This document shows positions 55,086 to 64,000 of a stretch of 64,000 bases of DNA, piece by piece; within the stretch, counting starts at the first letter, position 1; each line of letters begins with the position of its first letter. Under the pieces are notes generated by a model. It did not search any database, was not told where the DNA came from, and saw nothing but the letters and a program-made list of their open reading frames with translations. The position numbers were made by a program, and so were the translations under genes. Source of the stretch: Azolla caroliniana (Eukaryota > Plantae > Polypodiophyta); assembly GCA_043228905.1 (NCBI GenBank), contig JBHGNT010000013.1, positions 14,508,001-14,572,000 on the forward strand, given 5' to 3'.

Positions 55086-56835
55086 CTAGATGAGAGAGTT
55101 GTTAAAACCGCGAACGCAAACATGTCTTCCTTCCTTCCTCACGTAAGTGATGTATAGAGATAATTTATTGAAATCTTGTGGAATCCCAAATCCTTTGTTG
55201 GAGTTTTAAGAGACTCAAACTGTACCATGACCTTTTCAATAGATATTTTTCTCCAATCAATAGTTGGGTTATGTAGCTCAAACCATGGAAGACCAAGAGC
55301 TAGAGAGTGGTCTGAACTACTAATGATGTTGAATGAGATGACACTGGCTAAATTACCTAGGACTACAAGAATTGGTTCAGATGCTTCAACTATATCACAT
55401 GATGCTATGGGGTGTTCATCAATGACTCCAATGAACACTAGGTTTAGGAGCTTATGGAACTTGATACTATGCATTATATCGAAGTCATGATCCATGAAAC
55501 AAGAGTTGGCTCCAGAATCTAAGAGGGCAAAAGCTGAGACTCGATGTCACCTGGATGTGGTAAGCTCAACTTGACCTGATGCAATGGAACCACTACTAGG
55601 GACGAATGTTATATGCCTAGGACTGTCCAACCAAATGACTCCTATTTTGGTGGACTTACTTGTTTAACCTAACTTCGAATTGGCTCAAGACATCAAATGT
55701 ATTTTTATGGCAGGGGCTGCTAGGCCTACTTACGTTACGAGAAGGTGAGGCAGAATTGAAATGGGGTTGTCATGGGCACTTACTTGGTTAATGTGTCATC
55801 TTGGTTTATGTGGACAATTCACAACTATATATGTCATGTACCACCACAATATAAGCATAGATAATTCACTTGATGTCATTGCTTTTCAACATTCGATAAT
55901 GGTCCTTGGCATCGTGTTATCTCGATTTCCATCGGCGTGGGGCCTTCCATAAAATTGGGCTTTGACACTTGTGGTGCAGTTGAGATCACCGAAGCATATG
56001 TTTTTTCTGATTTGAAGCGTAACATTTGTTGGCGTTCAGAACGTCGCTCAAATAAGCGATTATCACATAGCATGACCCGATTTATTGCTTCAGTAAGAGA
56101 TTTCGGATCATCAGGTAAGGTAAGAAGTTAATCCTTTATGTCCTTGTCCAAACCAAGAATAAAAGCTAGAGTGATGGAAGAAGGATATAAGAGAACACAA
56201 GAAGAAAGGAACGAAATCATAAGAGAAGAATGGGTGTATTAAGATAGAAAGAGAATGGATACAAGATAAGCAATGAGAGCTTAGGACTGGTGTTGATTCA
56301 AATTGATTTGAGAAAACATGTATATGTCTCTATTTATAGGTTCCTATAGAATAGCTTAGAGATTTCTATAATAACACGTTCGGATTCACAAGTGGAAGGA
56401 TCACGCACAAATAGAAGGATAAGGAATATTCTGTTACATTTTAGGACATTTTTAACCTTTTGACGAAACACATTGATACCTGTATCACACATTCTCAAAG
56501 ATTCAATGGAAATGCTTAAAATTCCAAGTTCCAACTTTTCATAAAATTGAAAAAGCACAAAAAGTGGTCAATTACTAAAAGTGACATTGTCACTTTTATC
56601 ATAAAATTCACAACTAATGTTTAATTTAGAGAAACGATATTCGTAAGAAGTGAAAGATTTCAAAACAATAAACTTTTATATCATTTGAGTTATTACAAGC
56701 TTAATTTGGTTACATTCTATTGCCAAAAATACATTCAAGAGTTAACTACGTCAATATCGTTACTCCTTTACTGTGAATCACTACTATAGCTAATATACAA
56801 TGAGGATTCTTCCTCGTCATCTTCAGATGTACCAA

Positions 56836-57330
56836 TCAATGCATTGTCTTGGTCATAAACCAAATAGTGTGACTCCAAATTATGTGCATAAGATCTCGTT
56901 CGCCTTCATTCGAGTCACATTGTAGACTTGGCAAATTTTCTTTTATTATATCTATCGTTGACTTCCTTAAATGTCCCGATTTTGTTAGTGTAAAGTCGTA
57001 CACAATGATATCCACATCATTAATGTCAAGGGACGATGTGTTACAAATATTTCTTTTCCTCTTTCTTTTTCCTCTTGACGTTGGGCATTCCATCATCTCC
57101 AATGTATACTTGCATGTAAATGCAATTTTGCTTCTAGTGTTGTACCAATGCACCTTTATAGACTTGATTAGATTTTGGTTTTCATGCATCACCACGTCCA
57201 AAACTTTACCTATCCAGAATTGGTGACCTAAGTCATTGTCATAAGCAGGTGTAACAATTAACATCCCAAGCATCAGCTCTTGCAAGTTGCCTTGCCACCT
57301 AGCTTCAGCTCCTTTGGTCATCCTTGGTTC
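56836..57330 (-). pseudogene. 3' half of an ORF split by the Copia; unplaced, probably a DNA-transposon protein
   Basis: 161-aa ORF (FWIGKVLDV...IKVHWY...KRKRKR...YDFTLTKSGHLRKST) joins 62746-63247 in frame across the TSD. Confidence 0.7.
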
Positions 57331-62745
<5,415 letters not shown>

Positions 62746-63247
62746 GGTTCCACATAAATTTCTCTTTGTTGTGGATGGACCAAACTGTCATTAATCACAT
62801 TAGGTGAATGATGCGGTGATTGAGAACCACAAGAGTGTTGTATAGACCATGTGAACGACATTTGCAAAGTCCAATTACCATCTACACAACTATCAATAAT
62901 TCTTTTTTGATCACTAAAGAACACTTCCCACCATGACGTATCTTGTTTTGCAACATATTTCTTTGCAGCATCAATATGTTTCTTTTTTTCCGTTAATGCT
63001 TGCATCCATAAAATTCTTTGTTCTTCTACCAACTCACTATGCATTTCTTTTTTTGTCTCAATCGGTATTTGTTTTGCTCCATAAACAGTTGTAGAAGGCA
63101 TATGAAGCAAGAACTGGCAACCGCCTTCAGGTTCCCATTGTGGTGAAGATGAATATCGCTTTGTATACAACAATGTAGAACCACTACTATCATTATTCTT
63201 TATCAAGAAAATGTGATTGAAGCTTATATTGTTTAATTGGGCGAGCA
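62746..63247 (-). pseudogene. Upstream half of the Copia-split ORF
   Basis: LAQLNNISFNHIFLIK...LLYTKRYSSSPQWEPEGG...WWEVFF...REIYVEP, continuing as RMTKGAEARW after the Copia is removed. Confidence 0.7.
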
Positions 63248-64000
63248 TGAAGGGGTAGATAAACGAAATACGCACAACCGTGAATGGAGGCCGAAAACGG
63301 GAGAGCACGCTGAGAGGAAACAGAAACTATAAGAAGCGAGCAACAACAACAGGAAGGGGGAAAAAGAGAGAGAGGTGTTTGTATACCTTTGAGAGAGGGA
63401 AATACTCCTATTATACTAGGCAAAGAGTATTTTATATGTATGTCTATTATTTTTCCTTGTTAGAGGGAGTGAGTAGAATTTTCGACCATGAGCCATGTAA
63501 TCGTTACATAGTAACCTTATAATACACAGTTGTGAGTTTACCTTTCGTGTCATTAAACATTCATCTTTACTGCTAGGTTTTCTGTCCAAGTTATAAGTAT
63601 AAGTTGTAAGACCGGTTGTGGCTGGCCATTTTCATAGTCGATCGGCCTATTCGGCCCTATTTTTCCTTCCTATGTAACCACGATTCCTTGACCCTATTAC
63701 CCAGGAAGTAATCGAAGGTGTATCTTCAAAGAAGAGATATAACATGGATCGAATCATTGCTTGCTTGCACTCCATTTTCATTTTAGTTCAAATCTCATGC
63801 CACTTTCCTTTGTCGAGGACCAATTTCGATCGCCCACCTTCTAGTTCCAGTGGGGGTCACAACCACTTACTTTCCTGGTGGGGATCGCGTCAGTTTCTCG
63901 CTAGCGCTACTGTTTCTGTTGTATTTTGGGTAAACCTCGACTATTTACCCTCTCATAATAGACGAAGTCGAGTTGACCACTTCACTTGCACTCCTTCGCC
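63248..64000. mobile_element. Possible LTR/leader of a further element running off the right edge
   Basis: Abrupt composition change beginning TGAAGGGG, purine-rich and non-coding. No partner LTR in the window. Confidence 0.3.

Larger units (their letters stand above)
53222..56170 (-). mobile_element. Decayed Ty3/Gypsy internal region (gag-PR-RT), Tcn1/chromovirus-like
   Basis: gag CDNRLFERR...PTPMEI...LCLYCG; protease ALLDSGANSCFMD; [53 protein letters not shown] and FSNFYRRFI. Many stops; integrase and paired LTRs not identified. Confidence 0.88.

Overview
Eukaryotic land-plant nuclear DNA, inferred to be a seed-free plant, probably a fern (RTEX-like LINEs, Tcn1-like Gypsy, short introns). 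There is no prokaryotic content, CRISPR array or RNA gene. Four host genes are present: the 5' part of a many-exon midasin/MDN1 (minus strand, start codon at 24797, running off the left edge), an 11-exon plastid D-glycerate 3-kinase (34047-37451, +), an intronless F-box/kelch protein (39624-41207, -) and an intronless nepenthesin-type aspartic protease (49218-50627, -). The rest is layered transposon sequence: a 1.7-kb non-autonomous LTR element in the MDN1 promoter, degenerate RTEX-like LINEs, hAT-type MITEs, a MULE deletion derivative, a decayed Gypsy, and a full-length decayed Copia (57331-62745). The most unusual observations are: (i) two inverted copies of one short repeat, each hit at overlapping target sites by a different DNA transposon; (ii) a ~330-codon ORF of an unplaced family that is split by the Copia and rejoins in frame; (iii) three GC-AG introns in MDN1; (iv) a three-armed alternative hairpin upstream of GLYK. 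I found no convincing wholly new biological system. All calls were made by eye, without database searches.
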